A stretch of 32,961 nucleotides of DNA from an uncultured Candidatus Bathyarchaeia archaeon (GCA_964596465.1 CAZQTZ010000001.1:1-32961); one strand, 5' to 3'; counted from the first letter of the stretch, positions 16,261 through 25,773 are shown. Numbers and translations: made by a program. Notes: generated from the sequence alone by a model not told the origin.

Positions 16261-18984
16261 ATGAATAATATCTCAAATAATTTATTAGTAAAAAAGCTCT
16301 CTATGCGAAAGACGAACATCGTTGCTTTTTCATTGCTTCTCATCATGCTCTTTTCTGTAGCAGTTGTTGCCTTACCTACAGCTAGTGCTCACGATCCTGC
16401 ATGGCAAATTCCAACTTATGCCTATTTGGTAGCTTCACCTGACCCCGTTGGCATTGGACAAACCGTATTCTTGACCTTCTGGATAGATAAGGTAGCTCCA
16501 ACTGCAGCTGGTGTTGGTGGAGATCGCTGGACAGGCTACAGGCTTCAAATAACCAAACCTGACGGAACCATCGAAAACAAAGGACCTTACACTGCCTGGG
16601 CAGAATCATCATATGCCATTTTATACAACCCCTCTCAAACAGGGACCTATACTGTAACATTCAGTTTTCCTGGACAAACAGCCAGCCTATACCATCCAGA
16701 TACAGGTGTACCTGGTGACGCATCGGAATACGTTGGAGATTACTATCAACCAAGTAGCACATCAACAACATTTACAGTAACAAACACCGACGTAAAATCA
16801 CCTCCAAGCTATCCACTTCCAAACAGCTTCTGGACTCGCCCAATCGAAGGTCAAAACACTGCATGGACAACTATAGCCTCTAACTACCTTGGTGCAGGAG
16901 TTATCAAGGACAAAGTCCAGCCAGACGGCGCTGCACCCTCAAGTGCACACGTTATGTGGACAAAAGAATACCAAGACGGTGGTATCGTTGGTGGAAACTA
17001 CTGGTCAGTTCCAAGTGCTGCCTACTACACAGGTCAATCATACCAAGGCAAATTCTGCAGCCCATTAATCCTTCACGGCCGCCTTTACTACAAGTCTAGC
17101 TTTAGCGATGGTGATCCAGCTGGATACTTAGGTGACAACGGACCATACATGTGCGTTGACCTACTAACAGGAGAAACCATCTGGACAAACGATAAAATCT
17201 ACCCGACATTCGGTCAACTTTACCTATATGAATCCATGAACCAACACGGTGTACAACAAGGCTATCTAGTACAAGCTTTAACTACCTACAGCTTTGGACC
17301 TAGCGGATTTACAAGTTCAATTAACTGGGTATTCTATGATGCATTGACTGGCAAAAACGTATTTAACATGACTGATATTCCATCTGGATTTGGTCCAGGA
17401 TGGTTCGGCGGATATGGTTCAGGCGCTGTCGGCAAAGACGGTGAATTTCTAGTCTATACCCTAGGAAATGGGTGGTTATCTTGCTGGACTTCAGCCGCAT
17501 TATCCACAAGTGACCTAACAGGCGGAGCAGGCACCAGTAGCGCTGCATATCAATATCGACCAGTAGGAAAGAGCGTATCAATGGCAAATAACACTCTATG
17601 GAACGTTACAATGCCTGCATTACCACCAGGCTCTTCCTCACAGATAGCAATTCCAAATGACATTCTGCTCGTAAGCACTTCTATATCAATCGGCTTCTTC
17701 GGATGGGGCACTAACACCTACACAATGACTGGCATCAGCCTCAAAGAAAGCACACGTGGACAAATCCTCTGGCAAAAGACCTACGCGCCACCTGAAGGCA
17801 ACAAATCTCGATCATTCGGTTGTGTTGACCCAGTAAACCGTGTCTTTACCATGACCGACAAAGAAACCATGCAATGGCTAGGTTATGATCTTGACAGCGG
17901 CAACCTACTTTGGGGGCCAGTCGGAGATTTCCGTGACTTCCAATACTTCGGACAAGTATCTAACCCACCAGCACCAGGCCACATTTACGACGGTAAACTC
18001 ATAGTAGGTGGATACGGTGGAGAACTCAAAGCCTTTGACACAAGAACTGGCAATCTACTCTGGAACTACAACAACACCTACAGTGGTACTGAAACTCCAT
18101 GGGGTCTTTACACTCTCTTCGTTGCAGGCATTGCAGATGGTAAAGTCTACTGTATGAGCAGTGAACACTCACCAAACGTTCCACTCTACAAAGGCTCTAT
18201 GATGCGATGCATTGATGTCGATACAGGCGAGGAACTCTGGACTTTAGACAGTTGGTACTCAATTGGCACATTCGGTCAAGATCCAGTTCCAATTGCAGAC
18301 GGATACATGGCATACCTTAACGTATACGACTTGCAAGTTTACTGCATCGGAAAAGGCCCAAGTCTAACAACCGTTCAAGCACCTCTAACCGCAGTATCTG
18401 AAGGCCAAGGAGTAATGATAACCGGCACAGTTACCGACATATGCGCAGGCGCAAAAGCAAAAGTAGCAAGCGGTGAATTCAACATTGTACCAGCGATGTC
18501 TGATGCAAGTCAACATGACTGGATGGCATATATATACCAGCAAAAACCAATGCCTGCCGATGCAATAGGAGTACAAGTAACCCTATCAGCAATAGACAAC
18601 AACGGAAACTGCATTGACATAGGTGTAGTAACTACTGACACATCCGGTATGTACAAGAAACTATGGGTACCAACAATCGAAGGCGAATACACAATCGTTG
18701 CATCATTCGATGGATCTAACTCATACTGGCCATCATACGCAGAGACTGCATTAGGCGTAACCAAAGCAGCCGCAGCTCCAACTCCAACCGCAACTGTTGC
18801 TCCTACCTCTACAGTAGCTCCAACATCAACTGTTGCTCCTACCGCGACCGTTTCACCCAGTCCAACTGTTGCTCCTACTCCAGGCACAGGCGTTTCTACT
18901 GAGACTTTGCTCATCGCAGGCGCCGCCGTGGTCATCATCATCGCAGTCATCGCAGCCGCGCTAGTCCTTCGAAAACGCAAATAA
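16261..18984 (+). CDS. Large secreted/surface protein: signal peptide, Ig-like N-terminal region, PQQ-like beta-propeller repeats, Pro/Thr-rich stalk, C-terminal TM anchor
   Basis: The signal-like segment is MRKTNIVAFSLLLIMLFSVAVVALPTASA. Repeated D..TG..LW motifs occur (TGETIWTN, SGNLLWGP, TGNLLWNY, TGEELWTL). The stalk is TVAPTSTVAPTS... and the protein ends in LLIAGAAVVIIIAVIAAALVLRKRK. Possible starts are TTG 16222, ATG 16261 (GGAGAG upstream) and ATG 16303. Confidence 0.8.
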   Translation: MNNISNNLLVKKLSMRKTNIVAFSLLLIMLFSVAVVALPTASAHDPAWQIPTYAYLVASPDPVGIGQTVFLTFWIDKVAPTAAGVGGDRWTGYRLQITKPDGTIENKGPYTAWAESSYAILYNPSQTGTYTVTFSFPGQTASLYHPDTGVPGDASEYVGDYYQPSSTSTTFTVTNTDVKSPPSYPLPNSFWTRPIEGQNTAWTTIASNYLGAGVIKDKVQPDGAAPSSAHVMWTKEYQDGGIVGGNYWSVPSAAYYTGQSYQGKFCSPLILHGRLYYKSSFSDGDPAGYLGDNGPYMCVDLLTGETIWTNDKIYPTFGQLYLYESMNQHGVQQGYLVQALTTYSFGPSGFTSSINWVFYDALTGKNVFNMTDIPSGFGPGWFGGYGSGAVGKDGEFLVYTLGNGWLSCWTSAALSTSDLTGGAGTSSAAYQYRPVGKSVSMANNTLWNVTMPALPPGSSSQIAIPNDILLVSTSISIGFFGWGTNTYTMTGISLKESTRGQILWQKTYAPPEGNKSRSFGCVDPVNRVFTMTDKETMQWLGYDLDSGNLLWGPVGDFRDFQYFGQVSNPPAPGHIYDGKLIVGGYGGELKAFDTRTGNLLWNYNNTYSGTETPWGLYTLFVAGIADGKVYCMSSEHSPNVPLYKGSMMRCIDVDTGEELWTLDSWYSIGTFGQDPVPIADGYMAYLNVYDLQVYCIGKGPSLTTVQAPLTAVSEGQGVMITGTVTDICAGAKAKVASGEFNIVPAMSDASQHDWMAYIYQQKPMPADAIGVQVTLSAIDNNGNCIDIGVVTTDTSGMYKKLWVPTIEGEYTIVASFDGSNSYWPSYAETALGVTKAAAAPTPTATVAPTSTVAPTSTVAPTATVSPSPTVAPTPGTGVSTETLLIAGAAVVIIIAVIAAALVLRKRK
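18775..18895 (+). repeat. In-frame tandem repeat encoding the Pro/Thr/Val/Ala stalk
   Basis: The 14-mer ACTGTTGCTCCTAC occurs at 18793, 18829 and 18865, a 36-nt period. It encodes TVAPT(S/A)T-type units. Confidence 0.8.
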
Positions 18985-18997
18985 AACAACACATCCC

Positions 18998-19011
18998 TTT
19001 TTCCTTTTTTT
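18998..19011 (+). terminator. Oligo-T archaeal-type terminator after the surface protein gene
   Basis: TTTTT CC TTTTTTT begins 14 nt after the stop codon. Confidence 0.35.
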
Positions 19012-19036
19012 AGTCCCTAAAGTATCGGAAAAAAAT

Positions 19037-19150
19037 GGAGAGAAAAACTGGGCTGAGAGAGTTCTGGTGATTAAACTCCTAACGTGGTAGCAGCAAGGAG
19101 TTACTTCATTTTCTCTCCTGAAGATTCGCACACCAGAACTCCAGCAATCC
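19037..19150. ncRNA. Candidate structured RNA element (three long helices, pseudoknot topology, BHB-like motif)
   Basis: I checked the complementarities base by base: 19037-19046/19109-19118 (10 bp), 19059-19069/19131-19141 (11 bp), 19052-19055/19142-19145 (4 bp) and 19074-19080/19096-19102 (7 bp). All pairs are Watson-Crick, so the strand is not determined. Confidence 0.3.
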
Positions 19151-19308
19151 TTAACTAATTAATTCGTAGAATAAAAATTTGAACATACTCGTATCATTAA
19201 CCAATATCTAAGAACCTTTTTCCTGCTTAACTATTATTCTGTTCTTTAATCGAATGATACTATTGTTATCTTTGCTTTTTTAAGCTGAAGGCTTAAATAA
19301 TTTCTACA

Positions 19309-20754
19309 ATGTCTTTTCCATGGCGAAATCAGATGAGTAGCAAGACATCCTCTATTCATATTTTTAACACATTAACCAGACAAAAAGAACCCTTCGCTCC
19401 TATTGATTCTGGTAAAGTTGGTATGTATACTTGTGGGCCCACAGTTTATGATTATGCGCACATCGGCAATTTTCGCGCCTTCATTTTCGAGGATTTACTT
19501 AAGCGGTGGCTAGAATTTCGGGGTTTTAAGGTTAATCAAGTTATGAATCTTACTGATGTGGATGATAAAACAATAAAAGGCAGCCAAAAACAAGGCCTGC
19601 CCTTGCGTGAATATACTGATTTCTACGCTAATGCATTTTTTGAAGATATAAAAACTCTCAATATATCTCAAGCAACCGTATATCCACGTGCAACAGATCA
19701 TATTCCGGAAATGATTAAAATAATCAAATCACTTATGCAAAATGGTCACGCATACAAGGGCGAGGATGGTAGCATATATTTTGCTATAAATAAATTCTCA
19801 AATTACGGTAAACTTAGTCACGTAAAAAAAGCTGAACTTAAAGTTGGGGCACGTGTAAAACAAGATGAGTATACCAAAGAAGAAGCTCAAGATTTTGCTC
19901 TTTGGAAAGCCTACACTCCTGAAGATGGTAATGTCTATTGGGAATCTGAGTTTGGAAAAGGCAGACCCGGCTGGCATATCGAATGTAGCGCTATGAGCAT
20001 GAAATACTTAGGTGAAACTTTCGATATTCATTGCGGCGGCGTAGATAACATGTTTCCTCATCATGAAAATGAGATTGCCCAAAGTGAAGCCTTCACGGGA
20101 AAATGCTTTGTTCACTATTGGATGCACAACGAACATCTGTTAGTAGAGGGTAAGAAAATGGCCAAGCGCTTTGGTAACTTTTACACTTTACGTGATTTAC
20201 TCAAGAAAGGGTGCGATCCATTAGCAATCCGATACTTATTATTATCAACTCATTATCGTCAACAATTCAATTTCACTTTTGAAGGTCTGGAATCAGCGAA
20301 AGGGGCCATCGAACGTTTATCTAATTTTATCCGAAGACTAAACGATGCTAATGGAAAAAGTAATCCTAAAGAAATAGCCTTACTGATTGAAAGGGTCCAA
20401 TCGAGCTTCGGAGAAGCTATGGACGATGATTTAAACATTAGCGTAGCTCTAGCGTCTGTATTTGATTTTGTCCGAGAAATTAACAACCTTCTAGACGCCA
20501 ACGCTTTAAGTAGTGATGATGCAAAAAAAATCTTGAAGGTCATCGAAGACTTTGACAAAGTTCTCGCTATTCTTCCAAAGCAAATTGAAGAAAATCTGCC
20601 TCCCGAAGCTGAAGAACTAATTAAGAAGCGTGAAGAAGCCAGAAAAGCTAAGGATTGGAAAACCGCTGACCTATGTAGGCAACAGCTTAGAGCAATGAGT
20701 ATATCGATTGAGGATACCGCGCAAGGGGTAAGATGGAAAAGAGAAAAAAATTAA
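19309..20754 (+). CDS. cysS: Cysteinyl-tRNA synthetase
   Basis: It carries [12 protein letters not shown], the HIGN motif (YAHIGNFR), [14 protein letters not shown] and a KMSKS variant (KMAKRFGN). The ATG at 19333 may be the real start, given the TTAAATAA box at 19293-19300. Confidence 0.92.
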   Translation: MSFPWRNQMSSKTSSIHIFNTLTRQKEPFAPIDSGKVGMYTCGPTVYDYAHIGNFRAFIFEDLLKRWLEFRGFKVNQVMNLTDVDDKTIKGSQKQGLPLREYTDFYANAFFEDIKTLNISQATVYPRATDHIPEMIKIIKSLMQNGHAYKGEDGSIYFAINKFSNYGKLSHVKKAELKVGARVKQDEYTKEEAQDFALWKAYTPEDGNVYWESEFGKGRPGWHIECSAMSMKYLGETFDIHCGGVDNMFPHHENEIAQSEAFTGKCFVHYWMHNEHLLVEGKKMAKRFGNFYTLRDLLKKGCDPLAIRYLLLSTHYRQQFNFTFEGLESAKGAIERLSNFIRRLNDANGKSNPKEIALLIERVQSSFGEAMDDDLNISVALASVFDFVREINNLLDANALSSDDAKKILKVIEDFDKVLAILPKQIEENLPPEAEELIKKREEARKAKDWKTADLCRQQLRAMSISIEDTAQGVRWKREKN

Positions 20755-21581
20755 CATATTTTGTTTTTCCCCAAAAAATTCCATTCCTTAGTTGAATATT
20801 TTTGGTCATAGAGACTTTGGGCAAGGTCTTCCTCTTTAGAAGTTAATCTAGTTTCAAGAGTCTGAACATTCTCAACCACCTGAATATTGAGTGCTACTTG
20901 AAATCCATGGGCAATAGCATTAATTGCCGTTTCTGGAGTAATAGTGTGCCCTAATTCATTACGTATACTTGTAATTTTTTTCTTTGCTACTTTCACCACA
21001 TCTACAGAGTTATTGACCCACGGAACCTTAAGATAAGTAAACATTTTTGGCAGATTAACATCGATTAATAACGTACCATGCTGAAGAACAATACTTTTTT
21101 TGTTTGCCTGGGCACTACCAGAAATTTTCTTCCCCTTAACTGTCAAATTAGGGCAATTCTTTACATCACCTGGACTATAGTCTGTACTAATGCCTATTGT
21201 GCATAGGGCTTCTTTTATTGAATTATAAATTTTGGAATAAACATCGATAACATTCTTTGCATTCATATCTGATGCATGAGCAATAACGCTGTAAGTTATC
21301 TCGCCCTCTGAATCATGAAAAACTGTCCCGCCCCCGCTTATCCTTCTCACTATATCTATGTGATTTTTTTTACACTCGTCTAAGTTAACCTCTTTTTCTA
21401 TCTTCTGAAAGCGTCCAATTGAAACAGAGGAAGGATTCCATTTGTAAAATCGTAAAGTATCAGGCACTTCGTTTGCTAATCTTGAAAGTAAAATTGCTTC
21501 ATCGATTGCCATATTCATAAATGCATTATGAGTTTCAAGTTTAAGTAAACGCCATGTTTTCATACATATCTTGTCCATCAA
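20751..21581 (-). CDS. lplA: Lipoate-protein ligase A catalytic (N-terminal) domain protein
   Basis: It carries LRFYKWNPSSVSIGRFQ, RRISGGGTVFHD and KKISGSAQ (lysine motif). At 276 aa it lacks the accessory C-terminal domain, as in archaeal split LplA. Confidence 0.85.
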   Translation of the reverse strand: MMDKICMKTWRLLKLETHNAFMNMAIDEAILLSRLANEVPDTLRFYKWNPSSVSIGRFQKIEKEVNLDECKKNHIDIVRRISGGGTVFHDSEGEITYSVIAHASDMNAKNVIDVYSKIYNSIKEALCTIGISTDYSPGDVKNCPNLTVKGKKISGSAQANKKSIVLQHGTLLIDVNLPKMFTYLKVPWVNNSVDVVKVAKKKITSIRNELGHTITPETAINAIAHGFQVALNIQVVENVQTLETRLTSKEEDLAQSLYDQKYSTKEWNFLGKNKIC

Positions 21582-21773
21582 TAAAGCTTCGAAATTATTC
21601 TCATTCTAACATATAGCTCGATTTGTCTTAAGATTTATTTTTCAATTTTTTATGCGTTTTAAGGCGCGTTTTTCATTTTTTTATTTTCCTATCTTTCTAT
21701 AATTCTGAAATTTTATATAATCGCACGTGAAGTATTCAATTGTGCTCGCATATTTATTGGACTGTGCAACTAG

Positions 21774-23117
21774 ATGAGGAAGACTATATTTAAGAAACTT
21801 GAAGCGCAAGGGTTGATTGCAAATTATAACCGTCTTCGGAAAAATTTGCCTCCAAAGTTACCTGACAAAGTTATTATTATAGATGAAAGTTTCCGTGAAG
21901 GTATTAGAGCTCCAACTGTCTTTTTAACTTATGTTGAAAAGGTTAAGCTAGCAAAAATGATGGATGAAACTGGAATATCAGCCATCAACATTGGCTTCCC
22001 TGGTTTATCTGAAGACGAAAAACGTAACGTTAAGCGTATAGTGAATGAGACATTTACTCATTCTAAACTTACTGCGTCTTCTGCCGCGACTAAAGCGAGT
22101 GTAGATGCGTGTTTAGAAGTTGGAATGAAAGAAATAAACATCGAAACTCCATATAACGGATTAAACCTTCAATATCGATTAAAAAGCACAAAAGAGGAAC
22201 ACCTTAAACGAGTGGTTGAAAGTGTCGGGTACGCCAAAAAGCATGGTCTCACTGTAAATTTTGTTCTTTCAGATAGTACACGTACACCATTAGAGGATAT
22301 TATCAGCATTTTTGAGGCAACAGCCGCTGCAGGCGCTGCAAAGTTGGTGATTGCTGACACCGTTGGTTTCATCAGACCTTTAGCTATGCGATATTTAATA
22401 AGTCATGTACGTGATGGGCTGTCGGCAGCAGTTAAACAAAAAGTTCCGTTGGGTGTTCATTGTCATAACGACTTTGGCTTAGCTACAGCCAATACTTTAG
22501 CCGCTGTAGAAGAAGGTGCAACCTGCCTATACACTAGCCTTCTTGGTTTCGGCGAACGCGCAGGTTTAGCGCCATTTGAAGAGGTAGTGACGAATCTTGA
22601 ACTTCTCTATAATATCGATACTGGCGTGGACATGGAGCGCATATATCGTCTAGCTCAGCTTGCAGAAAAATCGTTTGCTTTACCTATTCAATTCCATAAA
22701 CCAATAGTAGGTGACACTACTTTCGCCCACGAAGTTGATGAGCATGTTGAGGGTATGCTTGCTCATCCATTAATGTTTGAACCTTTTCCACCTGAAATAG
22801 TTGGACGCGAGCCATCGCTTTTTGTAGGCAGAAACACTGGACAAACCTTGCTTCAGAGTCTATTGGAGAAAGCAGGCATTAGAGCTTCAGCTAGACAGAT
22901 GGATGAAATTCTAAGGCATATTAAAGGTCCACAGGAAAGTCTCGACAAAGGTGAAGCTCAAATGACTTTCTATCAAGTTAAAAAACTTCTTCGTGATCTT
23001 CAGAAAGGTTTAGACATGCATGAATTTTGGCGCGTAGTTGAACAGGTAACAAGACAAAAACCCAAGCTACCGCAACCTGGAGAAGGCAGCACTAAATCAA
23101 TTACACCTGTTACCTAA
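21774..23117 (+). CDS. HMGL-like (isopropylmalate/homocitrate/citramalate synthase family) protein with a divergent N-terminal active-site motif
   Basis: HCHNDFGLATANTLAAVEEGA is typical of the family. The canonical DTTLRDGEQ is replaced by DESFREGIR. There is no recognisable LeuA-type regulatory domain. Confidence 0.7.
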   Translation: MRKTIFKKLEAQGLIANYNRLRKNLPPKLPDKVIIIDESFREGIRAPTVFLTYVEKVKLAKMMDETGISAINIGFPGLSEDEKRNVKRIVNETFTHSKLTASSAATKASVDACLEVGMKEINIETPYNGLNLQYRLKSTKEEHLKRVVESVGYAKKHGLTVNFVLSDSTRTPLEDIISIFEATAAAGAAKLVIADTVGFIRPLAMRYLISHVRDGLSAAVKQKVPLGVHCHNDFGLATANTLAAVEEGATCLYTSLLGFGERAGLAPFEEVVTNLELLYNIDTGVDMERIYRLAQLAEKSFALPIQFHKPIVGDTTFAHEVDEHVEGMLAHPLMFEPFPPEIVGREPSLFVGRNTGQTLLQSLLEKAGIRASARQMDEILRHIKGPQESLDKGEAQMTFYQVKKLLRDLQKGLDMHEFWRVVEQVTRQKPKLPQPGEGSTKSITPVT

Positions 23118-23138
23118 TTCCTCTACTATTTTTATTTA

Positions 23139-24167
23139 TTAATTCAATTTAAGCTGATTTTTTATTGCTAATATATCCTCTAAAAGTAACTTTTTCGGAT
23201 AATTATACAGCGGACCACTTGGTTTCTCATTATAAAAAGGTCGATTACAGTCTGGACAGCCTGAAGTAAGGAAGGGTTGACCTGTTTCTACTATCTTGAT
23301 TAAAGTTTCTTTATTTACGCCAAAATCTACTACTCTGCCTTTCTTATCAAATTTCATTTTTTCAGCTTGCGATAACTCTTTTACAATAAGGTGCCTTATG
23401 AGCTGTAGACGTCGATAGGTTTCTATGCTTGGTTTAGGATTAAGAGCAAGGGCAGTTCCTATAATAGGTGTAAAGGCAAAGAGCGCAGGCAAGATATATT
23501 GATTTTTACAGTTCTGAATAAAATATGTAGCTTCTTTCTCGGTTTCTCCCAGTCCTATAATTAAATGCGCGCTTACATTTCCCAATCCAAAAATCGCAGT
23601 GGCTTTTTTTAGGTGTCTAAATTGTTCCATCCATCTATAAGGGCCTTCTACTCCTGAACCTTTAATTTTATCAAATATTTTTTGGGTTGCAGCATCTATC
23701 CCTATACCAATTCTTTCTACTCCTGCATGTTTTAAGAACTTCATGTTATTGGCGTTTATCGGCTGACACGAAACCGAAATAGGTACATCGGTTTGCTGTT
23801 TTATCGCTTTTACCATAGCTACTATGTCATTAAAAACTGAAGGATAATTTAATGCTTGAAAACATACGCGGCTAATCCCGCTTAAATTAGCAGAGTTAAC
23901 AATTTGTCCTATTACCATCTGAGTGGAAAAAACTGGCCATGTTACTCTAGATAGCAATTCTGCTTTGCTTTGGCTATTTCTTGCTTGAGAACAGAATCCA
24001 CAATTGGCGACACATTTGTTCTTTGTATAAGTCATCAAATAGGTAGTTGACGGTTTAGCGTCAAGTTTTCCCTCTAATAGCCCAAGTACTATTGCAGAAC
24101 CTATCGACACTCTTATTTGTGAAGGTACTGATGCCTCACTTATTGGAGCTTTTAGAGTTGCTATCAA
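23139..24167 (-). CDS. Radical SAM protein, biotin-synthase-related (candidate LipS-type lipoyl synthase component)
   Basis: It has a CVANCGFCSQA cluster motif with a BioB-like Q, followed by LSRVTWP. A C-terminal CPDCNRPFYNE motif is present. It has a TTG start. Confidence 0.8.
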   Translation of the reverse strand: MIATLKAPISEASVPSQIRVSIGSAIVLGLLEGKLDAKPSTTYLMTYTKNKCVANCGFCSQARNSQSKAELLSRVTWPVFSTQMVIGQIVNSANLSGISRVCFQALNYPSVFNDIVAMVKAIKQQTDVPISVSCQPINANNMKFLKHAGVERIGIGIDAATQKIFDKIKGSGVEGPYRWMEQFRHLKKATAIFGLGNVSAHLIIGLGETEKEATYFIQNCKNQYILPALFAFTPIIGTALALNPKPSIETYRRLQLIRHLIVKELSQAEKMKFDKKGRVVDFGVNKETLIKIVETGQPFLTSGCPDCNRPFYNEKPSGPLYNYPKKLLLEDILAIKNQLKLN

Positions 24168-24651
24168 GAACTTTCCCTAAATACACTATCCTTCAACAAC
24201 CATATTAGGTTAAGTAGTAATTTAGCAAAAAATCAGCAAGGTTCTTTCTATCAAAAAGTACTGGTACAAAGACTCACTCTATTCTTATCTATTTTTACTA
24301 ATGCCCTAGAAACAAAGAGAAGATAGTAGAGTAAGCAAACGTTACTTACCTCACTTTTTCTTCTTAGATGGATTATGCCAATTAGAATGCAATCCGCAAA
24401 TTATGCTTTACCAGTTTTTGCGTCATGCTTTGCTTTTTTTGCTTTATTTTTCTTTGCAAGTGAAGGCGTGATTTGTTCCTCCTGTAATTAAGGATTTATC
24501 TCTTAGAGCTCCTAATAGACCTTTTCAATAACAATGTTGCTTGATTATTTGTTTAAAGCAGAATCAAGCCTTTTTTCCCATTTTGGGTGTTCTTTTGAGG
24601 GCAATTCTTAATTATGTCTGCTAGTACCTTAATCTGCTTTGAGGAATTATA

Positions 24652-25707
24652 ATGGTACAAATGGACTTTGGCGGCGTAAAAGAAAACGTCGTTACAAGAA
24701 AAGAGTTCACTGTTGAGCAAGCCCAAAAAATATTGAAGGATGAAGTTATTGCAGTATTGGGCTATGGTATTCAGGGGCGTGCTCAATCCCTAAACATGCG
24801 TGATAACGGAATAAAAGTTATAGTTGGACAGAGCACTCGTTTTCCAGAAACCTACGATCTTGCTGTTAAAGAAGGATGGGTACCTGGAAAAACACTGTTT
24901 TCTGTTGAAGAAGCTGCAGAACGTGGAACCATAAAGATGTTCTTACTTACCGATGCAGGACAGAAAGAGATGTGGCCGAAAATCAAAGAGAGCCTTAAGG
25001 AAGGTGACGCGATTTATTTCTCTCACGGATTCAGCATTGTTTATAGAGAAATGACTGGTGTTATTCCGCCAAAGAATGTTGACGTTATTCTGGTAGCTCC
25101 TAAAGGTTCAGGTGCATCTGTCAGACGTAATTTCGTAGATGGTAGCGGAATTAACTGCAGCTTTGCAGTACATCAAGATTACACTGGAAAAGCAGATTCA
25201 CGCGTTAAAGCATTAGGCATAGCTATCGGATCAGGATACCTGTTCCCCACAACTTTTGAAAAAGAAGTATACAGCGATCTTACCGGGGAACGCGGAGTTT
25301 TAATGGGTGCTTTAGCAGGTATGATGGAGGCTCAATACGATACTCTCCGAGAACACGGACACAGTCCAAGCGAAGCATTTAATGAAACCGTAGAAGAATT
25401 GACTCAAAGCTTAATTCGCCTCGTCGATGAGAACGGTATGGACTGGATGTATAATAATTGTAGTGAAACCGCCCGAATAGGGGCACTTAGATGGAGAAAT
25501 CGTTTCAGAGAAGGGACTAAACCATTATTCGAGTCACTTTACGAATTAGTCTTCTCAGGTGAAGAAACCCGCATCGTTCTGGAAAAAAGCAAAGAACCCG
25601 ATTACAAGAAGAAACTTGGCGATGAACTCAAAGAACTGGGCAATAGCGAAATGTGGCGTGCAGGAAAAACAGTGCGCTCACTAAGACCTAAAACTCAAAA
25701 ACAATAA
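24652..25707 (+). CDS. ilvC: Ketol-acid reductoisomerase (class I)
   Basis: It carries the VLGYGIQGRAQSLNMRDNG Rossmann motif, PKGSG and SFAVHQD. The length fits. Confidence 0.92.
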   Translation: MVQMDFGGVKENVVTRKEFTVEQAQKILKDEVIAVLGYGIQGRAQSLNMRDNGIKVIVGQSTRFPETYDLAVKEGWVPGKTLFSVEEAAERGTIKMFLLTDAGQKEMWPKIKESLKEGDAIYFSHGFSIVYREMTGVIPPKNVDVILVAPKGSGASVRRNFVDGSGINCSFAVHQDYTGKADSRVKALGIAIGSGYLFPTTFEKEVYSDLTGERGVLMGALAGMMEAQYDTLREHGHSPSEAFNETVEELTQSLIRLVDENGMDWMYNNCSETARIGALRWRNRFREGTKPLFESLYELVFSGEETRIVLEKSKEPDYKKKLGDELKELGNSEMWRAGKTVRSLRPKTQKQ

Positions 25708-25773
25708 TCCTGCCAAATTTCCTTTTTCCTTTTTGAATCATTTTTTTGTTTTTCTTCGATTCTTATCGGTATT

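Noticed and set aside
18510-18992. A 160-aa antisense ORF rich in Ala/Thr/Val/Gly lies opposite the stalk and anchor of the surface protein.
   Set aside because: It is a mirror image of the Pro/Thr repeat and TM region. The sense frame has a coherent signal peptide, propeller, stalk and anchor architecture.
19067-19121. I considered reading the 19037-19150 element as a C/D box sRNA, with GUGAUUA as the C box and CUGA at 19118 as the D box.
   Set aside because: There are no internal C'/D' boxes. The C box is imperfect. The nucleotides flanking the boxes do not form the required terminal stem adjacent to a k-turn.
20751-20754. The stop codons of convergent cysS and lplA share a TTAA, a 4-nt overlap.
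   Set aside because: This is real but trivial. Convergent stop overlaps are common in compact genomes and imply nothing specific.
24401-24483. A strong AGGAGG sits on the minus strand (24478-24483), followed by a Lys-rich 23-codon frame (ITPSLAKKNKAKKAKHDAKTGKA).
   Set aside because: There is no ATG, GTG or TTG at the expected distance. The only codon in position is ATC, so the frame cannot be supported as a gene without expression data.
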